The position numbers were made by a program, and so were the translations under genes. Of a stretch of DNA of 64,000 nucleotides, positions 1 through 12,402 are shown in pieces. This DNA is from Tubiluchus corallicola (Eukaryota > Animalia > Priapulida). The notes beneath the pieces are model-generated. The model worked only from the letters and a program-made list of their open reading frames with translations. It ran no database searches and was not told the DNA's origin. Location of the stretch: assembly GCA_030141605.1 (NCBI GenBank), contig JAQGDQ010000151.1, positions 1 to 64,000 of the forward strand, given 5' to 3'. The first letter of the stretch is position 1. Every line of letters begins with the position of its first letter.

Positions 1-413
1 GAAAAAAGTAACGTTGTTGATGACCTGAGCTTAAGACAAATTAATTAACCCCTAGTTACGCCAAGTTTGCATGCTTATCTTACAGACAAACAATTAAACA
101 GATAGTGCAATAATTATCAGTTTATACCTCATTTTCTTAAAAAAATTAACGTTTTGCCAATTTGGTAAATTTTATTACTTCTTATAATTATTATCTTTTG
201 ATATCATATAACTATGAATTGAATATTATTTTAAAACTATTCTAATATGTATGTGACGAAATCTAACATGCAATTATTATTCTTCAAATAAAATAATATG
301 TATCTATAACACTATAACACTATACACTAATAACTTATAAACTGCAAACTTGGCGTAACTAGGGGTTAATTAATTTGTCTTAAGCTCAGGTCATCAACAA
401 CGTTACTTTTTTC
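1..413. repeat. Perfect 71-bp inverted repeat (1-71 / 343-413) around an AT-rich spacer; MITE/foldback-like, may extend left of the window
   Basis: gaaaaaagtaacgttg...ccaagtttgca (1-71) is the exact reverse complement of tgcaaacttgg...cgttacttttttc (343-413). Confidence 0.85.
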
Positions 414-1749
414 ATGTTGTTTTACATAGATTTTGTTTTGGTTATAGAAAGTGCTCATTTTCGAATTGAATTAAATTTAATGCCTCGGAGGGACAAGGGA
501 TATTAATAGCATATCACATACAAAGTTGTAAAGAGTTAGTCCAAATTGAAGAACAATATTGGTAATGATGAATCTTAATGGTCACACAAATAAAAACGCA
601 CGCTTACAATGCGAAGTGTTTACAACAAAATTATGTTTGAGAGTTAGAAAATATAAAAAAGTATGACAAATATAACAGTCAATTAAAATGAAGAACTAAA
701 TTTATAAGACTTATTTGTAAACAACTGTAAGATTAAATAATATGAACAGATTGCTAAATTTTGAATGAATGTTGCTTTAGATAAAAATTAATTCAAGTAT
801 CATATAGATTCATATTAGGGAATTAAAGTTAATATTAGTATGTTGGTTTCTCATAGTATTTGACGAATTTCATAGAATAAATACATAACATATGATGTTC
901 AGACTGTACAGCTGGAGGAATTGCATTACATACATAAGACACAAGTTCTTTGTTTCCTAGGTATCTGTATACCATCTACTTGAACTTGTGTGATTATACC
1001 AGTGTATTTTCAAGTAAAGTGTCAAGAGTAACCTCTAATTGTCTTTAAACTAATTTTGCATGTTCAGATTTTTTGGTATGACAAAGAATAATCTTGTTTT
1101 ATGCACAATCTAGTGAATCTACTCACTACCCTTAATATCCTGAATTTATTTTTCGTTGGGGTTGTCTAAGAAAATGTTATGCTGTGGTGAATGTCAGAAC
1201 ACATATTTCAAAAGTAATAATTATATTTGGAAAAGTAAGATGTATGATGTCGCTACCAAGCCATACATATGAGTAACGCTAGGACATTAACTCAAGAAGT
1301 AATTCCTACTTTGATAACACATTATTGCATCAATCAAACACAAATTTTACTTTTCTTTGCAATCTATTGTCCAAAATTACCATCACAAACCACACATCCT
1401 TGAAGCAGACACGTTGACAAACAGACAGGCGCACATACAGCTAGACACATAGTTGACCTACACTTGGATCATTAGTTTGACTGTGAGAATGTACACATAA
1501 TAAATTTTGAGGCTCTAAAATGTAAGGGAAAAAAATAAAAAGAATTTGTTACCAGCCAAAACCAAGTTTACACCAGTGTGTCATTAATAAAGCTTTTTAC
1601 AAACAAAACACAGCAGAAAAAACAACAAATTATTTTACATGAAACAATCGAAAACAAGCTGTGCAAAATGTCAAAAACTGCATTTCCTACAAGCAGTGAA
1701 AGGTTTTTTACAGTCAATGCCAGCATTCGTCACCTCTTCCTCTCTGTTA

Positions 1750-2040
1750 TATAGTGACGGAAATATCTGATGTCGTCTGATCTAATGTGCCTCATTGCAC
1801 TATAAATACTTTCATTGCGCATATCTGGATCTCAATCCCAGTAATATCGCTTACTGGACAATGTATTATATCTAAGAGAATTGCAATAAAGCACTTCATG
1901 TCATGTTCATCTATTCCTGGGTCTGTCTTGCTCTTGAACAATTCATATCGTCTGCTTTCTTCAACCAAAAGTTCATAAAATTCATTGCTAAAGATTAGTT
2001 TAAAAAGTTCTTTCCCGAAAATTTGCGATGTTTGACTAAG
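1750..2040 (-). pseudogene. piggyBac (PGBD-like) transposase remnant
   Basis: Manual minus-strand translation gives ELFKLIFSNEFYELLVEESRRYELFKSKTDPGIDEHDMKCFIAILL, then after a frameshift KRYYWD*DPDMRNESIYSAMR. This matches the N-terminal blocks of piggyBac transposases. It contains stops and frameshifts and is not in the ORF track. Confidence 0.7.
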
Positions 2041-3348
2041 TTTGGCTCCAAAAACAACGGCTTGTAATTTAGAAACGGCTTATCCTTCCAGGCAGTTAAT
2101 TCATGCAGCCTCTCAGTTTCCAGCTGGTGATTTTCCATCTCCCTAGCCAGCCCGTTATCCAGTTCGCCACCAAGTCGTTTGCCTTGGCTCAGGACAACTT
2201 CAACTGGCTACACGCAACTGATTGTGTTTTACATGGATGTTTTATAAGAAATAAACAAGAACTCACCTCTAAGAAGATGCCGTCACTACACAGCTAAAAA
2301 AATGTGACTGCAGCAAAAGCCCCCAAATGCAAGTGGTAGATTGTTTTCTGCGCATTGCTGTCTCATTTTGTCTCGCCATTGTTCTTACGGGCATTGTGCT
2401 TCTTAAAAGTTTACATGAATATCCAAATAGATAATAGTATATGCCAATGTTTGCGTTAATTAATAACAAAATGCAACTACTCTGCTTCCTTACAAATCCG
2501 AATAACGACAAACCTGTAGCAACTGGCTGTTACAAATAAACAGCTTACTTGCATTCTATTATATATAGCTTTTAGATCTTCCTTTGTTAGATCTTAGTCT
2601 TGTCGCTTAAAGGAGCTTTCAATATGGTTGTTGGTGTCAAGCAATTTAATCTAGCATTGTATAATTATTTGTTTTTTTTCGTAGTTTTACAAACATGCAT
2701 TTTCTGAAAGTGTTTAAAACGAAGCCAGCCTTAGTCATGTGACCTAAGCTTTAGTAGTATACGCCACCTATCAATCACAGTTGTTCTTACAAGTAGTTAG
2801 ATTTTCTGTTGCCGCTATGCTAATCATGCCGTTTGGTGATACTTGCATTACTTTGTCTATTTTGTTACAATTTAACAGTCACTAGTTGTATTTTCAAGCG
2901 AAAGTTGTCACCAGTAAATGGAAGTCACCATCTACTTTAATAATTAGTTAATAGTTTAGTTAATTGGTTAGAATTGCTTCAAATCTCTAGAATCGTAAAG
3001 TAATAATATGTGCTTCAGTCTTCTTAAATCTAATTTTTTATTTTGTCTAAACCTTTAGCACGTTCTTAAAAACTTTTTGTGATCTGTTATTTTAATAAAT
3101 TTCAGGCCTATCGCACAGTTCAATACTGATTTTTGCCGTTTTTTTGCATGGACTGGGCGCATCCACAATGGTGATCACCTTCAATATGGTACCTGAATGG
3201 GATACAATTTAGGACCTCTATTTCCTAGCAAGAATGTCCTTTAAACAAACTCGTTTCACTTAAGCACCTCTACTTGTTTTTAACATACAAAATGGTTAAA
3301 AAAATCATATAGGTATTATACGAGATCAAAAAAAATAAACAAACTTAC

Positions 3349-3901
3349 CTACTCCGGGACGACAGTTTACGCTTCCCCAGTAAAGAAGTTTTTTTGGTCG
3401 AAATGGAAGCTCTGCCAGGAGTCTCTCCATACAAACAAATACGTCATCATCAACCTTCATGAAGTAAGTAAAGTTGTATCTTTCAATAGCCCATCCTATA
3501 ATCCACAGCAATCTACGTGCATTGTTTAAACCTGATGGGACTTCAGTGAATGTTAGATCACCGTAATGAAGTTGTTCATTTTTTAGTTTCTCCATGTGCA
3601 GGTAACTGATATTTTTACCTGAATTATCATATTGATCAGTAAAAAATCTGTAAGCAATATCTCGGTTCATGTGTGAACCATTCAGCCAGGTTTTTCTGAG
3701 ATTATTTCTTCTTGTAACTCTGTCTTTGAAAGCGCTGGCTATTGCTATAAAAACTGCATTATTACGCTGCCTTTTCACAATATTTATGTTATTTGAAATC
3801 TGTAAATTTTCTTCGGAATAGAAAAACAAAATAAAAGTGATGAAAAATATGTTTACAGTTAATAAGATGCGCAATCTGTCCTTTCCTTTAACATTCATCA
3901 T
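3349..3901 (-). CDS. First coding exon of a GT31 beta-1,3-galactosyltransferase-like type II membrane protein
   Basis: N-terminal TM segment (ILLTVNIFFITFILFFY) and motifs RRNNLRKTW, EQLHYGDL, YFMKVDDDVFV (DxD) and LYWG. The ORF runs into a canonical donor AG|GTAAGT at 3349/3348. Downstream exons were not located. Confidence 0.85.
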
Positions 3902-4869
3902 TGATAAAAGGAAAAACTGATTCCTCAGTATTTATTATAACTTACAGTCAATGAAGCACCACGAAAGAAAAAAAGTATTGCACTGCATCATTTTTTCAAC
4001 TACAACGGCAAGTATGAAAATGTAACAAGACAAACTCAAAGTATAGAGCACATGTTCCCAGCAAAAGCTAACCCTTTCTTTTGTCTTTCACCATAATACA
4101 GTCACGGTTTCAACGCATTTCTAATAATGTACCTGATTTTAATGATAATCGGGTCAACAACTAACCATCAGTTTACAAAGAACTTAATCGTGATCAAAAA
4201 ACTACTGTTTATATGATCTGCAATGCCTAGGCTGAATCGTAAAATAAACAATTGTTAGTTCACAAGCGTATTACGCAGGGAGGCGGTTATGGGCAGTTTT
4301 ATGAAGAAATTTTGAAATAATTGTTAAAGATGGCGGGTTTTCTTCCAATCAAAAATAGCATGCTGTTGCCAATCGTGTTCTGAGTCTATTTTTTCAGAAA
4401 TAATTTTTCTTCAACATGAACTTAACCTCATTTTAACCATCAGTATCATTTCTCTCTCTCTTCCTCATTTATGTTAAACACAGGACCCCGCCATATTGAA
4501 AAATGGAACTTTACAACTGATTTATAGGTTGCCGCCTCCTAAAATAGTTGTTCGTACATATTTTCTTAAAGGTTTTGCAAGTTCCTCGTGACACTTGAAT
4601 ACCAATTGTTCATTGATTTCTATTTGTGGCGTTAGTTTTATATTTAAACTCTGCATTTTGGGGTTCGTGGTTAGTTTCCAGGCTGTTGGTAGGTAAGACA
4701 GACTATCCTAACCAGTGTTCGTGATATTTGTTAGCTAGTGTGTTGTGGGTAATGGCATCTTTCATCAACTATTTCTTTAGTATTTTTATTTTTTCCAAGG
4801 ACTTTTTGTTTTTGTGATGTGAACATAACGATTTCTCGTCGCGTTGTTTTCTCGGATTCAGTCTGCATG

Positions 4870-5970
4870 CTTTCATGGCTGCAGTCAAAGAAGCTGCTTG
4901 CAAACTTCGTTCAGAATCGAATAGCAGAAATTCGCTAACAAACTGCAACAGAATTTCGTCATGTGCCAACAGAACTAAATCTAGCTGATTTAGGCACTAA
5001 GCATCCAGTGAAACCCCTAAATAAATTTTGGTTTCAAGGACCAGAATTTGTTCAGATTGAATCGTACTGGCCTGTACTCACTTGAACAAATAAATAAAGA
5101 AGTAAAACACGGAAGCTCAGTGCTTTTTGAAACGAGCTGCTTGGCAAAAACTGTACATCATACAGTACATGACTTGTCAGTTTTTGATATAAACGTATTT
5201 TCGTCTCTTACTCCGCTAATAAACGCAACATGTTGGCTCTATAGAGCAATAGATAGGTGGATGCATAGATCACTTGCAGCGGGTGCGCTTACGGCTGCTG
5301 AAGTTTACAACGTCTAGAATGGATAAAATATATTCAGCATGAAGAGTACTTTCTTCCAGAAGATTCCTTCAACTCTTTGCATCCGTCACTTCGCGAATTG
5401 CGAACGTTGCAGAGCGAACAGGTCTAGTCGGTTGCTTGAGTAGAGTGAAGAAAATCTGTCCAACACAAGGTGAAAATTTACCTATATTATTGCCCCAAAA
5501 CAGTTATTTCACTAAATTGCTAGTAAAACAGTTTCATTGCTCAAACTGCCATGTAGGAACTGCTCAACCCTCGCTTTACTGCTGCAAAGCTATTGGATTC
5601 CGGCAGGCAGAGCTCTTGTCGAAAACCTGCTCAATCGTTGTACTGTTTTCGCAAAATGGATGGCGGACCATATAAAATGTCTTCTATGGCAGATTTACCA
5701 CCTTACACGATTCCAATGATCAAACCCATTCACTCATATTGGGATAGACTATTTGGCCAAGATATGTACCATTGATTCTTGTAAGCCCAATCTCGAAAAG
5801 GTCTGTTTGTTTGTTTGTCTATTGGTCAGAGCCATTCACATTGAAGTGGTAACTGACTTGAAAATTGAACTTTCATTTTGGCTTTACGACGTTTCATTGC
5901 CCATCGTGGAACATCAAAAGCAATCATCCGTGACAATGCTAGCCACTTTCATCTCGCAAAGCAGTCGCTA
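4870..5970 (+). mobile_element. Degenerate BEL/Pao retrotransposon pol fragment (RNase H end to integrase)
   Basis: SWLQSKKLLANFVQNR, FRHVPTELNLADLG, PILLPQNSYFTKLLV..H...HVG, YWI, MADLP, LFVCLLVRAIHIEVV, in shifting frames. Confidence 0.85.
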
Positions 5971-6698
5971 TATCTTCTTTATGCAATGTTTAGACATGTT
6001 TAGTTTAGTTTAAGGTACGGCTGCGTCCTGTTCACAATAAAGATTTTTAAGCCAGCATATTTCTATTTTTAAAGATAATTTTCTCTCTAAGTGTCGAATC
6101 TAAGACTTTCTACAACTATTTAGATAATTATAGTGAATTAATAGTAGTTGTATAGTGCAATCACTTTAAGTAATAACTCTATAACTGCTGTCACTAGTCC
6201 CCAAAATTTAATATAGATGTTTTTAAAGCTGTATTGTGGTCCTTGGTTTTAATTTTTTCGCTGTAGTGAATCTGTAGTAGTGTGATATTAGAAGATGCAG
6301 AGATTGAATACTTCTGCTTGACATACACAGAAATTAAAATTGCAAACTTGTGTTCCATTTTTTCAGGTTTTGAGTTTTTATCAGTTTTTAAAACATTAAC
6401 AGGACTTTGAAAACTCGCTCTTTAATGATAACGCTGTTATTATACCTTACACATGTGTGTGCCACAATCTACAACAGAACCATTATACTTTGCATTAATA
6501 TACTAAAAACTTTATTTCATCAATAGCGCTTATCTGTGCTAGATAAGTGTCACAGAACTTGTGGAAAGCTTGTCATACTTAAAGAGAGTAATAAGTGTTG
6601 GCTTAAAAACTGAAAAGAAATTGTATACTGGTTATTAGGTCACCAGTATACAAACACAAATTTGAAAAAACTGTGAGTCTAACGAAGTCTAACGCTTA

Positions 6699-7360
6699 AT
6701 GAAGAGGATGTTGGAAAACAACATGCTGTCTATCAAGACAAAGTTTCAGGTGTACCAAGCCTGTGTACTGAGCACACTGTTGTACGGGAGCGAGAGCTGG
6801 ACTATGTATAGCCATCAAGAAAGCAGGCTCAATGCTTTCCACCTACGTTGCCTCAGAAGAATCCTGGGCAACTCATGGCATAAGCACATAACCAGTAAGG
6901 ATGTGCTAGCAAGAACTGGAATCCCTAGCATGTATGCCATACTCACCAACAGACGTCTGCGCTGGCCAGGCCATGTTTCCCGCATGCAGGACGGCAGATT
7001 GCCCAAGGACATTCTGTAGGGTGAGCTTGCTACTGGCTCCCGACCCACCCGGAGGCCACTGCTCCGCTACAAAGATGTATGTAAACAGGACCACAATGCA
7101 GGCGTTACACCAGCAAACTACGAGGCGCTTGCGGCAGATTGAAGCAACTGGAAATCTACTGCTAGGACAGCCATTAACAGAGCGGAGAAAACGAGGGAGA
7201 CGAAAAAGTGGACAGGTGGATAAAAGGATTTGCAGGCATCAGAAAGATGAACTACCTCACTTGTATGAAACAGCCTTCCAATGTGCAACCTGCAGCTGGA
7301 ACTGCTGCTCAAGGATCGGACTGCTCAGCCACAGTCGATGCTGCAGCTCTATCAATTTGA
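6699..7360 (+). mobile_element. 3' fragment of an RTE-clade LINE
   Basis: VYQACVLSTLLYGSESW, FHLRCLRRILG, RRLRWPGHVSRMQDGRLPKDIL*GEL and terminal CATC...SRIGLLSH zinc motif. Confidence 0.85.
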
Positions 7361-7409
7361 TCTTTAACTGACTCTCTTGGCACACAATCCATTGCCTTCC
7401 GAGACAGAA

Positions 7410-7739
7410 ACAACCAGTGTTTTTCATAAAATATGGAAGCTTGCAAATATATGTCGAACTACAGGCCTGTTTCATTGTTGTTATGCATATCTATGGTTTT
7501 AGAATGGGTAGTTTACAACAAATAGCAAAAATTACTTAATTGTGGCTAACAAAGTATTAATAGAATGTATTTTGGGCTTTAAAGCTGGTGATAGTACAGA
7601 TAATCAATCACTGCCAATTATGCATAAACTATACAGCAGTTTAGACAATGGAAACGAGATATGTTTTGTCTTCCTAGATATAAGCAAAGCAAAGTCTGGC
7701 ATGAGTTTTATTTGTTTAAATTACAATAGTGTGACGTAA
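7410..7739 (+). mobile_element. Degenerate CR1/L2-like LINE reverse transcriptase fragment
   Basis: NYRPVSLL (7457-7480), GFKAGDST.NQ, FVFLDISKA. Confidence 0.7.
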
Positions 7740-8100
7740 GTGTTCATCTAACAGAAGCACCGAGAAACGTGCAAAATAATTCAGAATCACGATAAATGGT
7801 AAATCAGAATTACCCAATAGTGATATGCCTATGTGGCCTACTAACAAATCTGTTACAGGCTTTGCACTGCATAACTTTGGTAGAATAGGTAGAACACACC
7901 AAATATGATAATATCACTACTGAAAGTATTTTAAATAGCACAAACATTCTGTGAGCATGGTGTCGCTGTAATTCTCTTATCTTTCCTGAAAATTATTCAA
8001 ACATTGTGTCACGACCCAAACCCGGATCCCAACCACTTGATATTAAATCCGAACTTTTTACCAAACACTCAAAGTTTAAACCAAAATACATATTAAATTT

Positions 8101-8924
8101 TCACAAATAATATTCTAGTTTTTTCTGTATAAAGACAATATCTTGACTTAATTCGTCTTCTCGCGGAGGTAACAAAGTTACTTCCATATACAGCATAGTT
8201 TCACCAATAAATGCCCGGATGTTCTCTAACTTTGTCATTATCGCCTCCTGGTTAACATGTTTCCCATCTGTAGTATGATATTCTGTTGTCATTGCATCAA
8301 TTGTTAGTTTATCAATGGGTATTGTTTTTAAAACATCAAGTTCTGCTCCTTCAATATCGAGTGACAAGTAGTCAATGTGATTGTGACCAATGGCTAACAT
8401 TATTGAGCAAAAGGAAAACACTGAACTGTGTGAGTTCTAACATTTTCAGTGCAGTTTAACTTTTTTATCCGTTTTCTATGAACAGGATCCGTGTTATTCT
8501 CTAACCCGCCTAACAACCCACACATTGTAAACCTTAGTCTTTCAGCCCTCTTACTAGGGCTTAAACAGGCATTGATAGAATAGGCATGCCGTTTCTCTTT
8601 TAGTAATTTATTAAACATTAGTGGGTTTGGTTCAATTAAGAGTCCTGTCCATCCGCGGTTCCTTTCAAAATACAAAGAATTGGAGATTACTCCATCTGCA
8701 GCACCACTTTCCACAAAAAAGCCTTTTCTCTTTTTTCTAAGTAGAATGTCTATAATCGTTGACTGAGACAGTTGTGAAGTATCATTTACTGGGCTTAAAT
8801 TAGATTTCCGTGATGGACCAATCAGCCATGAATTTTTAATGTGATTTACTAATACCTGGTCATCTTCAGCTATCCTACCATGTTGAACATCTAGTACAAT
8901 ATCAGAGCTAATAACTAAAAACAA
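8101..8924 (-). pseudogene. Protein Star-like / FkbM (Methyltransf_21) methyltransferase exon with a 1-nt frameshift near 8410
   Basis: GFFVESGAADG..SNSLYFERNRGWTGLLIEPNP and NACLS...VQCFPF continue in the adjacent frame as SIMLAIG...IDYLSLDIEGAELDVLKTIP. One extra T in the T-run restores a single frame. Confidence 0.8.
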
Positions 8925-11484
8925 AAGCGTACAATATTTGTTATTATCTTGGTTACGTCATCTTGAAAAACATTAATTATGCAAGCAGTTAATGCAAACA
9001 CAGCCACAGCATTAAATGCAACGTTAAATTGTTCACCACGAAATACTCTGTAAAATCGAAAAATGGACACAGTTTGATAAAATAACCCAGACTATTATTC
9101 AACATAACGGGAAAACACGAGTAATCTGCAAAGATGATAAATTTATGGAGCAGTCTTTTCTACCATGATAAAACCTCATTCCAAAACTCATCAATATGCT
9201 ACAAAGCAGTGATGATCTTTGTCGAACATGCATTCCACAAATCTTGTAAAACAATAAAGATTTAACTCGTTTTGATGAAAATGTGTGTCGCGATACGAGT
9301 CTTTTTGAAATATGGAAAATAGGTTGCACCAAAAATTAGTAAGCTTTCGTTTGTGATCAAGATATTTTATGAAACAATCAGTTACAGTTAAAGCATTACA
9401 AGTTGAAACATACTGAGAAACTGCGTTCAATGCAAAAGACAACGTGCAGCGTTATGTTTGAGCAGTACAACAGAAAACGGCATTCATCTTCATCAACACT
9501 GGAATCACTACAAACTCCATTTTCACGATTATAGGTGACCTTACGCATCTACCAGTTTCAACAGCCATTAGCAGTGTTGAAGAATTATCTTTAGTCAGCA
9601 AGTTCATCTTAGTAGTAAAGCTAAAACTTTACTACTGCCAAAAGTTGACAAGTGTAAAATTTCAATATTGATTACTGGTGTTCCTAGAGTACATAAAGAA
9701 GCCTACACAAAAATCCGTGTTAACGGGATTACAAAATGAAGCTGGTCAATGTACCAGACCTAAAACAAATGTTCATATGAGAAACTTTATGTAAGAATGG
9801 GAGCACAGAAGGTGAATTTCACATTAGTATGCAATGCAACGTTTACTGTCAAGAAACAACTGCGTTCTTGAGTCAAGTATCAGATATCTCTCCAGAATTC
9901 CCATCCATGTCTGATAAGGATAAGTTTATATTTTTAAAAAAAAGTGGAGATGTGGAAGTTAAGAAATTGTTGATTTACAAAGTTTAAGAATAAAATTTCA
10001 ACAATACGTGATTCTAAATTAAGAGGTACTACTATTAATTTATTATTAATGAAAACGATTAATGTGATATATAAGTAGATGAATTTGTTATAAATTGTGG
10101 TATTTTTTAATCAATTGCGTTTCAAAGAGCCCTGTATTTAAACCTGTAAGGACGTGTTCCTGGGTGCGCTGTTTATTTAAGTGTGTGATTTGTTAATTGT
10201 ATTTGTTTTCATGTTTTGTAAAATATAGACAAATTAACAGACAAACACGTGTATTGCGAACTGTAAAAATTGCTTGTACCTTCATACTGTGCTTTGAATT
10301 TTCTACCTGGTATTGTGCAGTCTACATCATAACTTTCTCTGAGCCAGCATACGTTGCAGCATCAGATGATGATAGCTGTGGCTGTGGTCGCCCACTTGGT
10401 GTGCTCAGGATAGGTACTATGGTGTTGTTTGTTCGATCCACAGTGTAAACAACTCCGAGTGGAGAACAAGCTGTTTGAAATGTTGACAAACAAATGTTAG
10501 CAACTGGAGGCTGTCCTGTCAGTAATTGCCTAAAAAATTGGACACTGGAAAAGTGATCATTCGCTTAACAGAATGCATACATTTCCTTCTAACAGCTTGT
10601 TGAGTGTTAACTTTAAACTTTGCTCTACAGATGAAGCAGACGGATGACCTGCTACTACTATGCCCCCAGGCTTACTCGCCTAGTTACGCAGATGTGGGAT
10701 TTGCCGTGGCTCTGCTTTCGGCTTGGGAGTAAAACACTCCTCATCTGTTGCTTCCATGGGTACTTACCATCTATTTTAATGCACTTGCATAACCCCCTCA
10801 ATCGCCCAGCTTCTGTAAGAGTCAAAATCAACCCACTGAAACAAATCTCTGTAATTTAGAAGTAACAAGTGGCACAAAGAAACACAAAAAGTTTGGACGC
10901 ATAAAAATACTCACCAAAACCTTTCAAGATATGCTATTCCGAGCAGACTATTCTAATAGGCAGTAGTTAATAAATTGCTCCACGTGATGAATTTTTACCG
11001 GGCTCCCACCTCCGATTTTGTTGATGAGCCCATTTGTGTCCCCTTGCATGTTATGTTCGTCTTTGTGTAAGAAGATATCATTTCGAAAGTTCTCTATGAG
11101 ACATTTAAAGATATTGACACACTCAAGTAATACCTTGTATCACAACTCGCCACATCACTAGAGACATCTCCACTTTGCATTTTTTTCAGATCAGAAAGGA
11201 GCAACACTATCATCGCCAATGTCTGTAGACTGTAATTGTTAGTGGGCTAGGTGATGTTCCGGAGTGGTAAACATTCATTTTCTCACCACCAAACGTTTGT
11301 ATATTTTAGCAAAGTATACTCAATGCATACATACACACTTGTGAGCAAAGTCTTCGGCAAGTGAGTTCAGCAAAGTGAGTTCACAAGTGAGTTCAGCAAA
11401 AAGTTTCGAAATTCGGCGAAATATTTTGCGGTAGCGACTCATCGCTTCCATATTTTTTGACCTGCCAGACGTTTAAAGAAAAAA

Positions 11485-12402
11485 ATGCGTCTTAAAATTT
11501 TTAGATTTACTTGGTTAGTGTTTGTGGTGCTTCTGATATTGTGCGTGTGCAAATACAAATTTGAAAGTAAAGGTTACTTCCGAAAAGTAAATATGTCGCA
11601 CATGTTGGCAACATATCAGGAGACAACAATATTTAAAATAGCAAAAGAAATAACAGCAAAAATCCTTTTAAGTCGTTTTGAACGAGATGCGCTATATCGA
11701 ACCCAGAAAATCAGCCATAGTGCTGTTATTACAGACAGGAAGGTTCTTTCCTACACTAAAGTTATCAGCTTTATTTCGTCAAAGAAAACATTTCCTTATA
11801 CAAGGTCGCTTTCTGTAGCAACTCAAACGTCTTGGGAGTACATGCATAATTTGCTGGATTTGGCTGAAATATTTGATGGACCAATATCTGCTGCCTTGTA
11901 CGTTCCAGGGGAAAGCTACGATTTTGCAATTGATAGAATTTTGCTGTACCGGAAATGCAATCGGCGATTTCTGAATTTAGTTACAGTCTCCCTCTTCTTT
12001 CCTTCACACAAAAAACCTTCAATTTCAGGAAACAAAACCGCATCCAAATCAACATGTTACGATATTATGCTGCCTCCTGTTAATGGTCCTGATATGTCTC
12101 AGTATGGGCCATATCCTGTAAACGTTGGTCGAAACACGGCTCGTCAGGCTGTTTATACGGAATACATTTTGCTGTTAGATGTGGAACTCAGGCCTACTCC
12201 AAACTTAGCAGAAAAGTTTTTCAAAATGTTAGATAGTTCATCTGTTTCTTGTGCCAATTCAGTGGGCTCCAAATTATCTTCATTCAGCAAAACTGTTTAC
12301 GTTATACCGCTATTTGAAGTAGCCCTTGATAAACGACTGCCAAACAACAAGTCAGAGTTGCTTGAGTTGCTCAAAAACGAGGAAGCGGTTGTATTTCATA
12401 AG
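11485..12402 (+). CDS. GT49 glycosyltransferase (B4GAT1/beta-1,4-glucuronyltransferase-like), coding exon 1
   Basis: N-terminal TM segment, then SVATQ, FDGPISAALY, YPVNVGRNTAR, ILLLDVEL (DxE), VYVIPLFEV, KSELL. Donor AAG|GTAATA at 12402/12403. Confidence 0.88.

Noticed and set aside
6010-6030. Shared aggtacggc motif at ~6013 and ~17150 as transposon ends
   Set aside because: Only 9 bp, in the same orientation, with no paired inverted end identified.
9099-9442. Possible ion-channel-like (TRP) pseudo-exon on the minus strand
   Set aside because: Only a vague hydrophobic pattern across broken frames; not supportable without a search.
11358-11402. Triple aagtgagttcagca repeat upstream of the GT49 start as a regulatory element
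   Set aside because: Could be simple slippage; no evidence of function.
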